From assembly GCA_013265495.1 (NCBI GenBank), contig MU058463.1, forward strand, positions 1,511,523-1,575,522: a stretch of DNA of 64,000 nucleotides, in the 5' to 3' direction. The stretch comes from Vicugna vicugna. Lineage: Eukaryota. Shown here piece after piece: positions 39,970 through 53,392 of the stretch (within the stretch, counting starts at the first letter, position 1; every line of letters begins with the position of its first letter). The notes beneath the pieces are model-generated. The model did not search any database and was not told the origin of the DNA. It worked only from the letters and a program-made list of their open reading frames with translations. The position numbers and the translations under genes are program-made.

Positions 39970-40413
39970 AATGCCATTTGCAGGAACATGGATGACCCTG
40001 GAGATTGTCACTCTAAGTGAAGTAAGCCAGAAAGAGAAAGAAAAACACCATATGATATCACTTACAGGTGGAATCTAAAAAAAAAAAAGAACTTATTTAC
40101 AAAACAGCAACAGACTCACAGCCATGGAAAACAAACTTACGGTTACCAGAGGGGAAGGGGGGTGGGAAGGGATAAATTGGGAGTACGAGATTTGCAGATA
40201 CTGATATATATATGAAATAGATAAACAACAATTTTATACTGTATAGCACAGGGAATCATATTCAATATCTTGAAGTAACTTACAGTGAAAAAGAATATGA
40301 AAATGAACATATGTATGTTCCTATATGACTGAAGTATTGTGCCGTACACCAGAAACTGACACATTGTAAACTGATTATACTTCAATAATATATATATAAA
40401 GATCTCAAAAAAA
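39970..40413 (+). mobile_element. L1 3' end
   Basis: atgccatttgcaggaacatggatg...gtacaccagaaactgacacattgtaaactgattatacttcaataa, then a tail. Confidence 0.95.
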
Positions 40414-40620
40414 ATGTATGGCAGAGGATGTTGTTGAAATACTTGAGACAGGAGCAGAAAAGAAGATAGATAAATAGATAATTGAAACTAAATAAAAAAG
40501 GAAGGACAGACAAAATGCAGAGAAGAAAAGGAGTGCAAAACAACACAGCTCGTTCATAAGAGGAATCTGCAAGTAGGGGAGGAGGCAGAGTGCAGATGAA
40601 GGTAGACCAGTTTTACTCAC

Positions 40621-40657
40621 CAACCAGCGCATGGCATACCTGACCATGTCACATACG
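40621..40657 (-). other. Candidate small cassette exon (37 nt, or 18 nt with an internal donor); gene unknown
   Basis: Minus strand reads cccgttctttcctcatag|CGTATGTGACATGGTCAGGTATGCCATGCGCTGGTTG|gtgagt. It lies in sequence I did not recognise as a repeat. Confidence 0.35.
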
Positions 40658-41859
40658 CTATGAGGAAAGAACGGGAGTAAATGGTGTATAAGTTAGCTGG
40701 TTATTGGTTAAGCATAAAAGGATTGGCTTTTCAAAATAAATCATATTGTCCATCTGTTGTTGAGGAGTGACAGTCCCTATTTTTTTTAAAATTTGCTTTC
40801 AATTCAATTTTTAGTATCCAGCGAGCCCTCTTCAACTAGATTGACTTATAAAGTTGAATCCATTATCTTGTCAGGTATAGTCTCCATCACTGTAACGCAC
40901 ACAGAACTATGGAATAAAAGGAAAGACTGAAAAGAATTAAGCTTAAAATGTGAACGTGAATTATCATTTTCTTTTTCAAGTAAAATCTTGATGAGTAACT
41001 CTCTGTCAAAACAATGCATTGAAACATGAGGGAAACTGTCAAATTAAAAAGCAAATTAGTATAATAAATGGAGAAAAATAGACTATGATGTGAAAAGTTC
41101 TGGGGAGCATAAAAAGCAATGAGGATAAGTTTCAATACAGCAGCCACTTCATTTTAACAGCAGAAAGAAAAACAGATCAAGAAATGTATATGGGAATAAG
41201 AAGCATCCATATTTAATAATAATAAGGGTGCTCCTTTTGAAGCATCCATAATAGCTCTCCTGAGAAATAGTTTTAAATTCTTATATATGATTTAAAAAAA
41301 AAGGATGTTGACCAAAATTCTCATCCACAAAGACAAGTTATTTTTACTAGGCAATTAAATCTTTCCTTTATCACAAAAGACTATTTGTGCTAATCGATTT
41401 GCCATATATAATTGCAGATTTGAACCTACGAGAGTACATTTTGTTGGTAAATGTATCTTAAGGGTGAGGTAAAATGTTCATTAGTTTTGAATTTTAAAAT
41501 ATTTCTCCCTTTTGATATTGTTTTGCCCTCTTTGATTAAAAAAAAGTGGTTATATTTAAAGCCTAAAATAATAACAAGGAATTAAGAAGAAAGTTTATTT
41601 ATTATTATTTTATAACTTAATATGTATGTTTGTGAAATTTATAAATTGTTACTATTAAAAAGTAATAGAAATAATTTAATTCAATGATAGTTCTCCACTT
41701 ACTAGGTGTCTGGATGTGCCCCACAATAAATATCTCCAGTAAAAACACAATTAGTGTAGTCTTACAGACAAATCTGGACTGAGATCATAGTGAAAATTCT
41801 AGGTAAGCACCATTATCTACATTAAGCCTTTGATTTCATTCAAAGTGTCAATTTGAGTA

Positions 41860-42610
41860 ATGTCAAATCCCTCCAGATGATAGAAAATACACTGAAGTGA
41901 ATAACAGATAGCCATGTACAAGAATAAAATGAGAAGTCTCTGTAGATCAGAAACCACATAGAATTCCTAAGTGATGACACAATAAGAATGAAAAAAAGAG
42001 GAAAAGATGTAACTCAGGAAGTACGAGGCAGAAGGCCGACTAAAGACTAGGTGCTCCACCACGGTGCTCCAGACCTGGGAGCCCTGGAGGCTGAGCATGG
42101 GAGGACATCGCAGGGACAATAGACAGGTCCACCTTTGTGCGGCTGCCGTCTCCCCAGGGAGCAAAGGATCAACCTCAAAGACAGAAGACAAGTCTGGGGG
42201 CTTGTGTTAAAGGGGCAACACAGCCTAAGTGGCTGTCATTGACTGAGGACAACAGGGAATATCCAGAACAATAAGACCTGAAGGAAATGCATGTGTCTTT
42301 TTAAATTTAATTGAAAACACAGTAGAATACACGTCTTAGCAGAAGTTCACAGCACTTCCACCACGCACACTGAGCAAATGGATGCAGACAGATACAAGTA
42401 CACAGTCAAGTATCACATCACCAAAGAATTAAAGCCACACAATGAAAGAGGCACAAAACTCAGCCAACGGAGTAACTTACACCTGAGGAAACAGAGTTGC
42501 GAAAACAATTGGAATAAAACTTTAAAATCAGTATATTCCTAGAAAGATAAGGGAACTTATTTTACTTGTATAACAAAAATAAGTCGTTACAAAAATAAAA
42601 TGAGAACAGA
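41860..42610 (+). mobile_element. Ancient L1M 5' region-like fragment
   Basis: Degenerate L1ME/HAL1-type 5' sequence (acctgaggaaacagag...aactttaaaatcagtat). Confidence 0.45.
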
Positions 42611-44419
42611 ACCAATCAACCTCCCTTTCCAGAGGAAACCAATTCAAGAACTGATTCCAAATCAACTACTGATGGATTCCTTAAAAGTTACCCATTCTAC
42701 TCTACATTGTTCTGTTTTGTTTTGTTTAAACTCAGCAGCCTCCCTCCTCCCCTCAAAACAGAGAAGAACCAAAAGAAGCAGACCAGAGAGTTTCCCACCA
42801 TCACCTCCAATAATATCGCAGTCTTATATCCCTGGGGTGGTACCTACTTCTTTATTACCAGCAGAAAAATGCTTAAAAATTCACCTTTACATATTATACT
42901 TGATCAAATGAGTCCTTCTATTTGTAAATATCCTAAAGTTTACGTGTATAATACTACATCTTGATTGCCCATCCTACGCTGAATTTTATTTCATTTTTAT
43001 AGATGAGAGACTCACGAAATCCCTTTCAATAACTCTTTCCTGAGAAAACCAGCCTTGCATATCCATGATTTAGGTGCTTAGTCAAATCATTTCCTCTAAC
43101 TAATATGAAGAACTGCTGAAGGCAAAGCAATTCAGCTCAGCAATTCTACCTTTCAGAGGAGTCAACATTCTGAACGTATTTGTGACATTAAGAAAGGAAA
43201 TAGAGACTATCAATCAGACTTTCAGGTCCTGTTTTAATCAGAACACATTCAGGAAACAGTCTGAAAAGCCAGAACTTTGAATGCCCCTGTTTAAGAAGGT
43301 TTTTTTCCTAACTGATTTGCAGCCCACAGAGGAAGAACAAATACTGGTGATGCTTTCAATTTAATTTGGTATAAGTTCATAAAACAAATTGCCCAGATAA
43401 TTGGACATGTCTTCAATTCTGCACTACATTTTTCCATAGATGTAAACCAGATTTATAACTTAGAAGTGCAGCAATAAATGAGCATAGCTTGTAATATACT
43501 TGTGCCAAGTCTTATGTCAAAGTGAAATAAAAAATGAGACTGACCACTTTGGGTAATCAAATCTGTCAGCTCAGTTAACTCCTTCTAAAGTATTGATGGG
43601 AACACTAAGGTCTGAAAAAAAGAAGTTAAATGATTTCTGCTGGTACAAATATACACAAGCAAGAAATAGCTATTTTAAGTAGATTCCCAAAAAATAAACT
43701 TATCATCATAAATCCTATAAATGATTTTTTCTGTTATTCCTTTTGTTTCCCTTTGGAGAATTTAAAACCCTCTCACACATGGAAACTGCTATCTGGAAGC
43801 TAAATTCCCATTTTCCTCCCAAGAGTTTTTCTATTCCCACTTAAATCAGAGTTGGCAATTATGTTTTTCTAGCCTGAACCGTCTGGTCACCATTTGTCTA
43901 GTCTTTAGTCCAAAAAAAAAAAAGAGAGAGAGAGATCAACAATGTCATGTTGGAAAATACAAGGTGGCTTTTAGGCCCATCTGTTAGTCCTGTGATAACT
44001 AAATAAATCTAGTTATTATAAGGCAAAGCTCAAACCTAACGGTGTCCTCTAATTGAATTCTTCCTCTTCTTGGTCAAGAAAAGGGAAGGTCACTAATGGT
44101 AATTAAAAAAGGGAAAGCAGAAATCCGATCTGCAAAGACTTTCCTATTTGCCAAGGGCAACGTTCCAGAGAAAGTAAATTTAAATAATACCCTATTCCAG
44201 GAATGGGAAAGGGTATATGGAGATCAATTGGTATTAGTAACACATTTCCAGGATTTTAAAAAAAAGAAAGGCTTACTTATTCTGAAGAAATAACTACTTT
44301 CCCCCAAAATCTTTGCTTGCATTTATATTTAAGTGCATTATTTTACTCACCATTGTTAAAATACCCAATTTACTCCAAACGAATGTATTATCTTCCCTTT
44401 GCTTCTTCTCTTTCTCGCC

Positions 44420-45160
44420 TTATCTGAGGAATAGAAACATCATTCACCATTTGGCCAAACTAGAAACCAAGTAATCACTGTTGGTTCTTTTTCTCTTCCC
44501 TCGGAATCTAACTATTAAATATCTCCCAAAGAGATCTCTTTTCTCTCTTATTACAATTGCTACTCACTTTTCTCTCCGCCTAAATGTTCTGTCCTTTCCA
44601 GTTCACCCTTCAAAGATGCTACCAGAGATCTTTCCAAAGGCAAGTCCAATCATGTCTGTCCCCCTCAAAAAATCTTTCAAGTAACTCTGCAATACCCATA
44701 CTAAAGTACAAATTCCTTGGCGTAGCATACATAAGACCCTTCAAACACTTCTCTTTTATCTCATCTCCTATTACTTCCTGAAAATCTACAATGCTTATGC
44801 CGTTGTTTCCAAATCAATCCGTGCCCCTTCACGATCTGTGTTGTTACACGTTTTCTTCTAATTGAAATAATTCCTCCATTGATTTATTGTTGAGAACTTG
44901 GTCCTACTTAGACTGAAATCAAGATTGACTTTTTCTGAAACCTTCCTTTACTCTCCCCACCACAATCCTTAACATCCCATCCTTGGGAAAAGTGATCACA
45001 CAGCAGTGCCATTGTTATATGTTCTTGTATCTCAGACCTCCAACTCTCGGAGCTTCTGAAGGATAAAGACTATGTGTTTTTCCTCTCCAATGTCTTGACA
45101 CTCAACTTAAAATAAACACTCATTGTTATAAGTTGAATAAATAAAGCAATGAATGAATGA
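44420..45160 (+). mobile_element. L2 3' region
   Basis: Ends ...ataagttgaataaataaagcaatgaatgaatga, the canonical L2 tail. Confidence 0.8.
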
Positions 45161-46859
45161 CAGACATATAACTGACCCAGGTAGTGAAATCTCTGCATTA
45201 GATATCTCTTGAAGTTGAGTTCATGAGTCAATGCAGTGAAACAGTCCCACTGATTTTTTTAATTAGCATAGATTTTTTTCCCTTAAAATTTATTCTGCAC
45301 TGCACTGTTTCCTTAGATTTTTGTGTGTGTAGGGTTTTGATATTCTATTTTTCAATATTCTATTTTTAATTTGGTTACTTTGCTTTCTCTGTTGGCTTTT
45401 AAATGCAGCATTGGATGTAACTGTCAAAATATCTTTCAATTTCTTTATAATTTATCTAACAGAATTACTTGCCATTAAGCACTTACTAAATATCCTTTTA
45501 TGCTAATTTGAGAGTGTGTATTTGGAAATAGAATCAAAGGAAAAGAAACATGAATATTCTCCATTTCTATTCTGATCCACTTACTTTCAGAACGTCTCAC
45601 CAGCCGCCTTCTCTTCCCACCAATCTTTTTGTTGTGCTTTTATTTTTTATTTTATTTAATAAGGATAATATTTTTTTCTATATGGAGGGACAAGTGGCAA
45701 ACATATATATAAACTTTTTTGGGAGAAAAGAATTCATGTGATTTTTTTAGAAGAAATTAATGTCATCTGAAGTGCTCATTAGGAGGAAGACTATTTGGGA
45801 AAACAGTACTTTTTCCCCCTAATTTCCTATTTTATTTGTGAACGTCTGACGGAGGCCTTATTTGGGCACATATCCCATTAACCTGAATAAAGGTGGTTAG
45901 CTCTCAGGCACACTTCGTATCTTCTTCAATTTCTTTTGCCATATAGAAGTCTCCTACAAAACCCACTCATCGTGCAGACAATTTTAACTCATATAAGAAT
46001 TACTCAAACCTCAGAATTGCATCTTACAAGAATGGAGGCAGTTCTTCAATCCTAATTTACACGTTGTTTATCTTTTTTTACTAGCATATTGGTTGAAGCC
46101 ACACTGACATCACTAGATACAGATATTTTCATCTTCTTTGCCTTGGTTTTGACATTTACTATTATGTCTACATCTTTGACTCAACAGTTATTTATTCGTT
46201 GAGATTATTAAGTATTTAACCAAGTTCTTGGAAATGAGGAACAGTCATGTTTTTCCAAAGATTTTTACTCTAATTTACTTTTATCATTTTTAATTTATGT
46301 TAGTGTTTCTGCTATAGAATGAGCAGTGCACTCCAACTAATTCTTGCAACTAGCGCACTGTTTCTAATCTGAATTCACATTGGAACTCTGAATCTACGCT
46401 TATTTGTGGCAAGATTGATTTTTTTCACTCCCTCACCTCACATATGAAGGTCGTTACAAAGTTGATGAGGATAATCAAGTCATACTGGAAAGAATGTTCT
46501 GGACCGTGAATGTGCAGCTGCAATGAGGAGATATTTTGGCACTCCTAGCATTATAAAAGTTAGCATGATTAATAAGAAGAAGTATGGAATTGATCTACGG
46601 GGGATACTGTAATCTCTTCATAGCTATTAAGAGATGTGTGAAGCACATAAAAATAGATGTAGACTATTTGTTACTAAAAGGATTCATGATTCAATTTTAT
46701 CACCTTTAGAAACATGTTGTTTTTTCTTGCATTTTATTAAACATTTAGAAGTTGTGACTTCTATGCTTAAATCAGTGTTTTTAAATAAATGCTGTATTTT
46801 AGATGCTTGTCTCAAAAAATTATAAATCCCAAGTTGTCTAAATTATACAGCAAAACCAA

Positions 46860-49700
46860 CACTTGCTTACCTCTGTTTCCTCGTGACACCCTACTAAATT
46901 AACTAAGTGGATTTTTAAGGCAATAAGTGACAAATACATATATTATGTGAGAAAAGACAACAGCAATACAACTTTGGGAGCTAGAAAGCAAACAGACAAA
47001 CAGTAACTGCCTTAGCCTGGAGAAAAGTGAATTCTAAGACATCCACAGAGAAAATCCAGAAGCAAGATTACGTGTACTGCAAAACTCATAAATCCTCCAG
47101 AATGGACAGTCCCACATATCGACGAACCTGAAGATAATGGTGGAGTTAAATACAGGAGGCTTGTTGAATGTCTGCAATAGAGAAATGGAACCCTAAACTA
47201 CATCACAGGTGCCCAGGCCCCTTCCTCTTCTCCTGTAGAAGGATGAAGCTTACTTTCTACAGAGGAAATCAGAGGGATGCTGGAGTAGAGAACACAGGCC
47301 CAGCTAAGATACTTCAGCTTTAATGGGTGGCACACCAATCCGCGAGCACTCCCTGATCTCTCCCCTTACCTAACTCTAAGAATACTAGCAGCCAGTATTA
47401 GACCCTCCTGATAGCAGGATGGATAACTCCTCCCTGGGGAATCTAACCAGACTAAGAGAAAAGACCTGAAAATCATGAATCGTCAGGAGTTCACTGACCA
47501 AACAGCAGGGCCAGATCACCCACCAAGAAGGCACCCCCGTTGACAAGCCCATAAGTTTCTGATCAGGTATTTAATGACTCATTCCTAAATATTTATGGGC
47601 AGCCAAGGATCCCCTGATATTTGAATAAAGCCTCTAACATGAAAGACAGAGACCAAACAAGTAAAAATAACAAATTTGGAGAAAATAGATAGAAATAGAA
47701 GAAAACTGTGTCTGTGTGTCTGTGTGTCCGTGATAGACACCAAGCCTCCGAGCGACAGGTGATCTGACTTCCATGAAAAAAACACCTTGATGTTAAAAAA
47801 AATACATCCAAACAAATAAAGAAAAATTTTGGAAATCAGATCTATGAGAGCACAAATGAAGAAAACTCAACTAGAGAGTGTTGAATGTAGCTTAAGGAAA
47901 TCTCTAAGAAATTAGAATAAAAATTCTAAATGTAGAATATTAAGCAGGAGTTAAAAAAATAGACGACCCACCTCAAAGGTTCATTATATAAATAATAGGA
48001 AAATTAGAAAGAGGGAACAGAAGAAATAACGGTAAGGAGATTATCAAGGCAATAACTTAACAAAATATTTCACTGATATTCACAGTGAAAAATCCATCGA
48101 ATACCTAACACAAGTGGGGAAAACACCCCACTTCGATGCACATTGCTTTACAAAGTAGAACACGGGGCCAAAACTTAAAGAGAGAAACAAATCAGAATGG
48201 CATCGAACTTGTCAGCAGCAACACAAGACAAGCAAACACACAAATAAATAAAACAATGACTTCAAATTATGAATGAATGTTATTGCTATACTCTGCTTTT
48301 ACAGCAGCCAAATGGGGAAAAAAAATGTGAGAGTGTGAGAAAGACATTTTATACTTACAAAGTACTTCAGACTTGACCTTCTGTGAGCTCTTTCTCAGGA
48401 AATCAGTAGAAGACATGTCACCAAAGTGAGGGTGCAAACCAGGGAAAAAGAAATATACGAATCTACACTCAGGGGATCCAGTGCAGGGGAAATACAATGG
48501 GAATGTCTAGGATGGTGGGTAAAGGAGATCTCAAAACAACAACACATGCTTGAAGGACCAAGAGACAGTAAGTCCAGAGGAGACCAAGAGGAGAATGCTT
48601 CCAAGAGAGAAGAATATTCCCCAAAAGAAAAAAATGAATAGAAACACCTATATATTTAAAATACTTTTTTCAAACATTTTTATTGATTTATAATCATTTT
48701 ACAATGTTGTGTCAAATTCCAGTGTTCAGCACAATTTTTCAGTCATTCATGGACATATACACACTCATTGTCACATTTTTTTCTCTGTGATTTATCATAA
48801 CATTTTGTGTATATTTCCCTGTGCTATACAGTGTAATCTTGTTTATCTATTCTACAATTTTGAAATCCCAGTCTATCCCTTCCCACCCTCCACCCCCCTG
48901 GTAACCACAAGTCTGTATTCTCTGTCTGTGTGTCTATTTCTGTCCTTTATTTATGCTTTGTTTTTGTTTGCTTGTTTGTTTTTGTTTTTGTTTTTTAGAT
49001 TCCACATATGAGCGATCTCATATGGTATTTTTCTTTCTCTTTCTGGCTTACTTCACTTAGAATGACATTCTCCAGGAGCATCCATGTTGCTGCAAATGGC
49101 ATTATGTTGTCGGTTTTTATGGCTGAGTAGTATTCCATCGTATAAATAAAATACTAAGACATTCACACTTTGGCAGAGTTTGGGGATGAATCAGTGGCAG
49201 GTATGCAGAAAATAAAGCAACCAAAACACACACACACACACTTTTTAACTCAAAGGCAAAACCAAAAAAAAAAAAGCATCCAAGAAAGAAAATATAAACA
49301 TATAACTTATATGGGTTACGTATGAAAATATACATTCACAATAATGTAAAAAGTGATTATTGATTAAACAAATAAAAAATAAACATATTGGAAAGTGGGA
49401 GACAACAGTAAAGGAGATTGGGAATATAAAAGAATTAAATATTCATTTTCACGGTAGTAAGCAAATACATAATGTCTAAAACTGGAAAAATATAACCATA
49501 TTATTAAAGTAGTTTAGGACTATTTTTTGGAAATATACAGGTAAATTCCAAAGAAATGGATGAAGTATTTGAAATTGATTGGAAGAGGTAGAAAAAGGGA
49601 GAAGACACTAAAAACTGTTTTCTCACACACATGCACACACACGCACACACACAAAACACCTTGTAGAAATACTGGAATGTAAATTCTTATAAAAAGTGTA
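46860..49700 (+). mobile_element. HAL1/L1ME-type ancient element, interrupted by a young L1
   Basis: aataggaaaattagaaagagggaacagaag...gagattatcaaggcaataac; aatcagaatggcatcgaactt; aaagacatttt...tttctcaggaaatcagtagaagacatg. Confidence 0.7.
48666..49146 (-). mobile_element. Young L1 3' end with TSD
   Basis: Camelid-type 3' UTR. TSD taaaatact at 48657-48665 and 49147-49155. Confidence 0.95.
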
Positions 49701-50149
49701 CATTTATTTATTTTACTTTCTTACTTATTACTATATTTATTCATTTATAAAGTAACTTTAGGAAATAATTTTATTGGACTTTCAGCATTGAGTTTTTTTA
49801 AGAAATAGGAGTGCCATATTGGAACAAACTTGGAACAAGTTCTGAGCTCAGAGAAAGAAGCTCCAACTTAAAATTAACCAGGTCTGTGTCTGTTCAGTGT
49901 GGAGGCTGATGAAGTAACGGACAGTGGTAGAAACTGAAATCAGAATCTATACTAATGTTTTTTCCGAAGGAATTTTTCTGGTGGTTCTAATAAAAATTGG
50001 GGGGTGGGAAATCCCAAAATGTTGGTGTTAAAAACAGAAAATTGTAATGTTTAGAGCACACAGATCAACAGCATTAGTCACATCATGTGTGTGGAGCACT
50101 TTTGCACATACCTTACGAAATATTCTCAAAAACTTCCACCTTAAAAAAG

Positions 50150-52070
50150 ATTCAGATTTTTAAAAAGAGTTTCACTGACCATTTTATCTGTCTTTAATGT
50201 TATAGGAAGTTGTCTTTTTTCCCTCCTTGAAGCTAATTTTACCCTTTATATTATCTTGATCCAATCAGTACCCTCTTTGGGTGTAATTTTTCTCTTCCAC
50301 TTTTGCTTCTTAATTTATAGGCCTTTAACATGCTCAGAATGGCTCTCCCATTTTATAGACTGATGAAGCCAACAAAATCAGATGCTCCTTTAACACCTCC
50401 ATTAATTCCTCCTGCACATGTTATACCAGTTCACTCCTTGACAACCAAGTCTTCGAAAGAATGATCTGAAATTACTGTCTCTGCTGTCTCATATTTATTT
50501 CTTCAAATGACTTGAAACAATTTTTATCCTCCCCAAAACATATAAATGTTCCAGTAAATGTCATAATTTTCTAATGTGTTGCTTCAGTCCTTGTTGCATT
50601 TGACCTATGTTCACTCCTTGTCACTGTTAACCTGTCTGCCATTCTCTCTTGGCTCTCCACCCTACCTCTCTACACATCCCCACGTCTCTTCTGTTTGCCC
50701 ATTTATTAAAGCTTGGAATGCCTATAACTTAGTCTTTGGCCTTCTCTTCTCTCTGGATATTCTCTGACATTTTCATCCATAACTTTAACTAAAATAAATG
50801 CCCAAACATCTGCCATACCTCCTTGATTGGAGCTCTTGGAATAACAAAAATTGTACACAGAATTCCCCCAAATATCTTTGTCCTTTTGGGTTCCTTTTTT
50901 TTTTTCTTTTTTTTTCTTGAAAACCACCAGGATTCCCATGGAAATAGAGGACCAAACGTCTATTTGGGAAAAATCTCCTGCTTTATCCTTAGCCCTACAT
51001 CAATCATTTATAATTACATATTGCTAATTCTTATCCTTTTGTTTGTTTGACTCCTTCTTCCATTCATTGCTGTCATTTTTCAAAGCCTCATCTCACCAGC
51101 ACTCTCACCGGTGGTGTAACACCTGCTCTCCCAGTATCATTCTTCAGGGCACCCCCATTTTTAATTCATTTTCTACACGGCTAGCCAGATTATCTAACCT
51201 AAAATACCAATCTTGTTATTTCAGTCAATGGCTTGAAATCTTTCAGTAGCTTCCCATTACTTGTAGAACAAAGTCCAAACCCATTAGCACATGGCCTTCC
51301 ATGATCCAGCCACCAGCTACTTATCCTATCTTATCTCTGGTTGCACCACCCTTGCATTCTACACTTTAACCACATTATTTCTTCCAGCTTCTGGAGTACA
51401 CATCTGTACTTCCATTCAGATTGCATCATTAGTCTGAAATTGCCTTCTCGTTTCCTTCGCTATCTCCATACTCAACTAAGAACATCTACAATTAGGATGC
51501 TTCTTCAAAATCAACTTATCTATGAAGCCTTCTTAAACTCTCCAAATAAATTTAACCACTTCTTCATTGCACCTCCACTTATCTCTCTGCATAACTGTAT
51601 TTTTAGCAAAATGAAAGTCTGCATTTCTATGTTGGACTATGAGCTCCTTTAGTACAAAACCTGTGTTCTGTTTGTTATATCTCTGGTTGCACCACCCTTG
51701 CATTCTACACTTTAACCACATTATTTCTTCCAGCTTCTGGAGTACACATCTGTACTTCCATTCGGATTGCATCATCAGTCTGAAATTGCCTTCTCGTTTC
51801 CTTCGTTATCTCCATACTCAACTGAGAACATCTACAGTTAGGATGCTTCTTCAAAATCAACTTATCTATGAAGCCTTCTTAAACTCTCCAAATAAATTTA
51901 ACCACTTCTTCATTGCACCTCCACTTATCTCTCTGCATAACTGTATTTTTAGCAAAATGAAAGTCTGCATTTCTATGTTGGACTATGAGCTCCTTTAGTA
52001 CAAAACCTGTGTTCTGTTTGTTTTGTAATAGCAGTGTTTCAAGGAGTTCCCAGAGAATAGTAGGTGTTTG
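50150..52070 (+). mobile_element. Long degenerate L2
   Basis: L2-like phrases throughout (cttcccattacttgtagaacaaagtccaaac, atggccttccatgatc, ggactatgagctcct, tagtaggtgtt). Confidence 0.7.
51332..52022. repeat. Near-identical tandem duplication, 346 bp x2
   Basis: tatctctggttgcaccacc starts at 51332 and at 51678. The two copies give near-identical ORF translations. Confidence 0.98.
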
Positions 52071-52195
52071 CCCTAGGAAACTCTTAAAGCTGTAAGTGTC
52101 ATCTACATAACCAAAAATGTACTAGGAAAAGCGGCTCTAGACATTTCTCTGCATAGAATTTACGATGCTTTGAGTTGCAATGGTGAAATCCTTAC

Positions 52196-52267
52196 CATAA
52201 TTTCATGGACCAATGATAAGCCATCTCCAGATTAGACAGAAAAGAAGCTGTTTCCCACTGTGGCAGT
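52196..52267 (-). other. Candidate 72-nt exon; gene unknown
   Basis: ttttcctacttggtgttccccag|ACTGCC...AAATTATG|gtaagg, with one open frame (LPQWETASFLSNLEMAYHWSMKL). Confidence 0.2.
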
Positions 52268-52813
52268 CTGGGGAACACCAAGTAGGAAAATTCTTTTATA
52301 TTGGATATGGAATATATAATTTGATTATCTCTGGATGTTAAATATAAAACAGGAGCAGCAGAAGTAGACATAGTTAAAGTAGTGGACAACAGAAGCAGCA
52401 GAAAGCATTGAATCACAAGTGGCACGGAGTGGCTAGAAGAGGAAGGACATTCTAATTAATAAGATGATGGTATGCTGCTGGATGACAAGTAATATTGTTG
52501 ACCCTGAAAGGGCTGCTATATACTGTGTATTAATCAGGGTACATGATGTTCAAATTTTTCATGGAGCCTGGCTGTGCTGCAGTTGAGACGTCACTGTATG
52601 GCACATTTTGAATACATTCCATGATCACAGATGGTTATATAAATTTCATAGAGTAGCCTTATATAACAGATTTCAAAATTCAAACTTTATAGCATTCAAA
52701 CTTTAAACCAGTTTATTATCATAGAGTTTCTTAATTTGTACCTTAGAGGTACAACATTTATTTGGCCAGAAAAAAAATACATCAAGTGCCTAATTCATAT
52801 ATTCCTGTAATAG

Positions 52814-53392
52814 TGTTGCCGAAAGATCGGCCCCCGTCCCTGACAAGCCAAATAACCCAGAGACAAGGTCTTAGAGCTTGGAAGAAAAGACGCAATTTTA
52901 TTGCTTTGCCGGGCAAAGGGGACTCACAACAGGCTAGTGCCTTCAAAACTGTGAATCCCCCTTGGGGATGGGGTGGGGTGGTTATATAGCCAGAGCTCAA
53001 ACAATAAAGCATTGATAAGAACAGAATCATTTTCTCATCAGAAGACAGAATGGCATCATGATGCCTCCAGGCGACCAGTTCTACAGAGGCTAGCGGTTAG
53101 ATCTCTTTATCTCATAAGCACTCAAGGTGTGGTCTTCTTGGTAATTCAGGCTATTTTGTAGTTATAGTCCTGTGACCTTCTCCTTGGAAAAGAACTCAGA
53201 GACCAAGCATGATTATTACTCTTAATTAATGGAATAAAGTAGAAACAGTAAGATCAATAGCTTCAGTTTTAACAATGAGCCTGCAACTGTGAGTAGCAAC
53301 CGGTCAATCAGGTCAGTTGACAGTTTTAAGGGCAAGCGTAGGAATAAGCAATCTGTTAGCCTGAGTGCAGCCATTTTATTAATCCTCCCTCA
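52814..53392 (-). mobile_element. ERV1-type solo LTR with 4-bp TSD
   Basis: TG...CA ends flanked by ATAG (52810-52813 and 53393-53396). Minus-strand AATAAA near 52880. Confidence 0.88.

Noticed and set aside
44351..44423. Minus-strand exon with good splice sites
   Set aside because: Stops in all three frames, and it sits at the edge of an L2 remnant.
51341..51998. Two near-identical 103/119-aa ORFs as paralogous genes
   Set aside because: They come from a tandem duplication inside degenerate L2, and the peptide is not recognisable.
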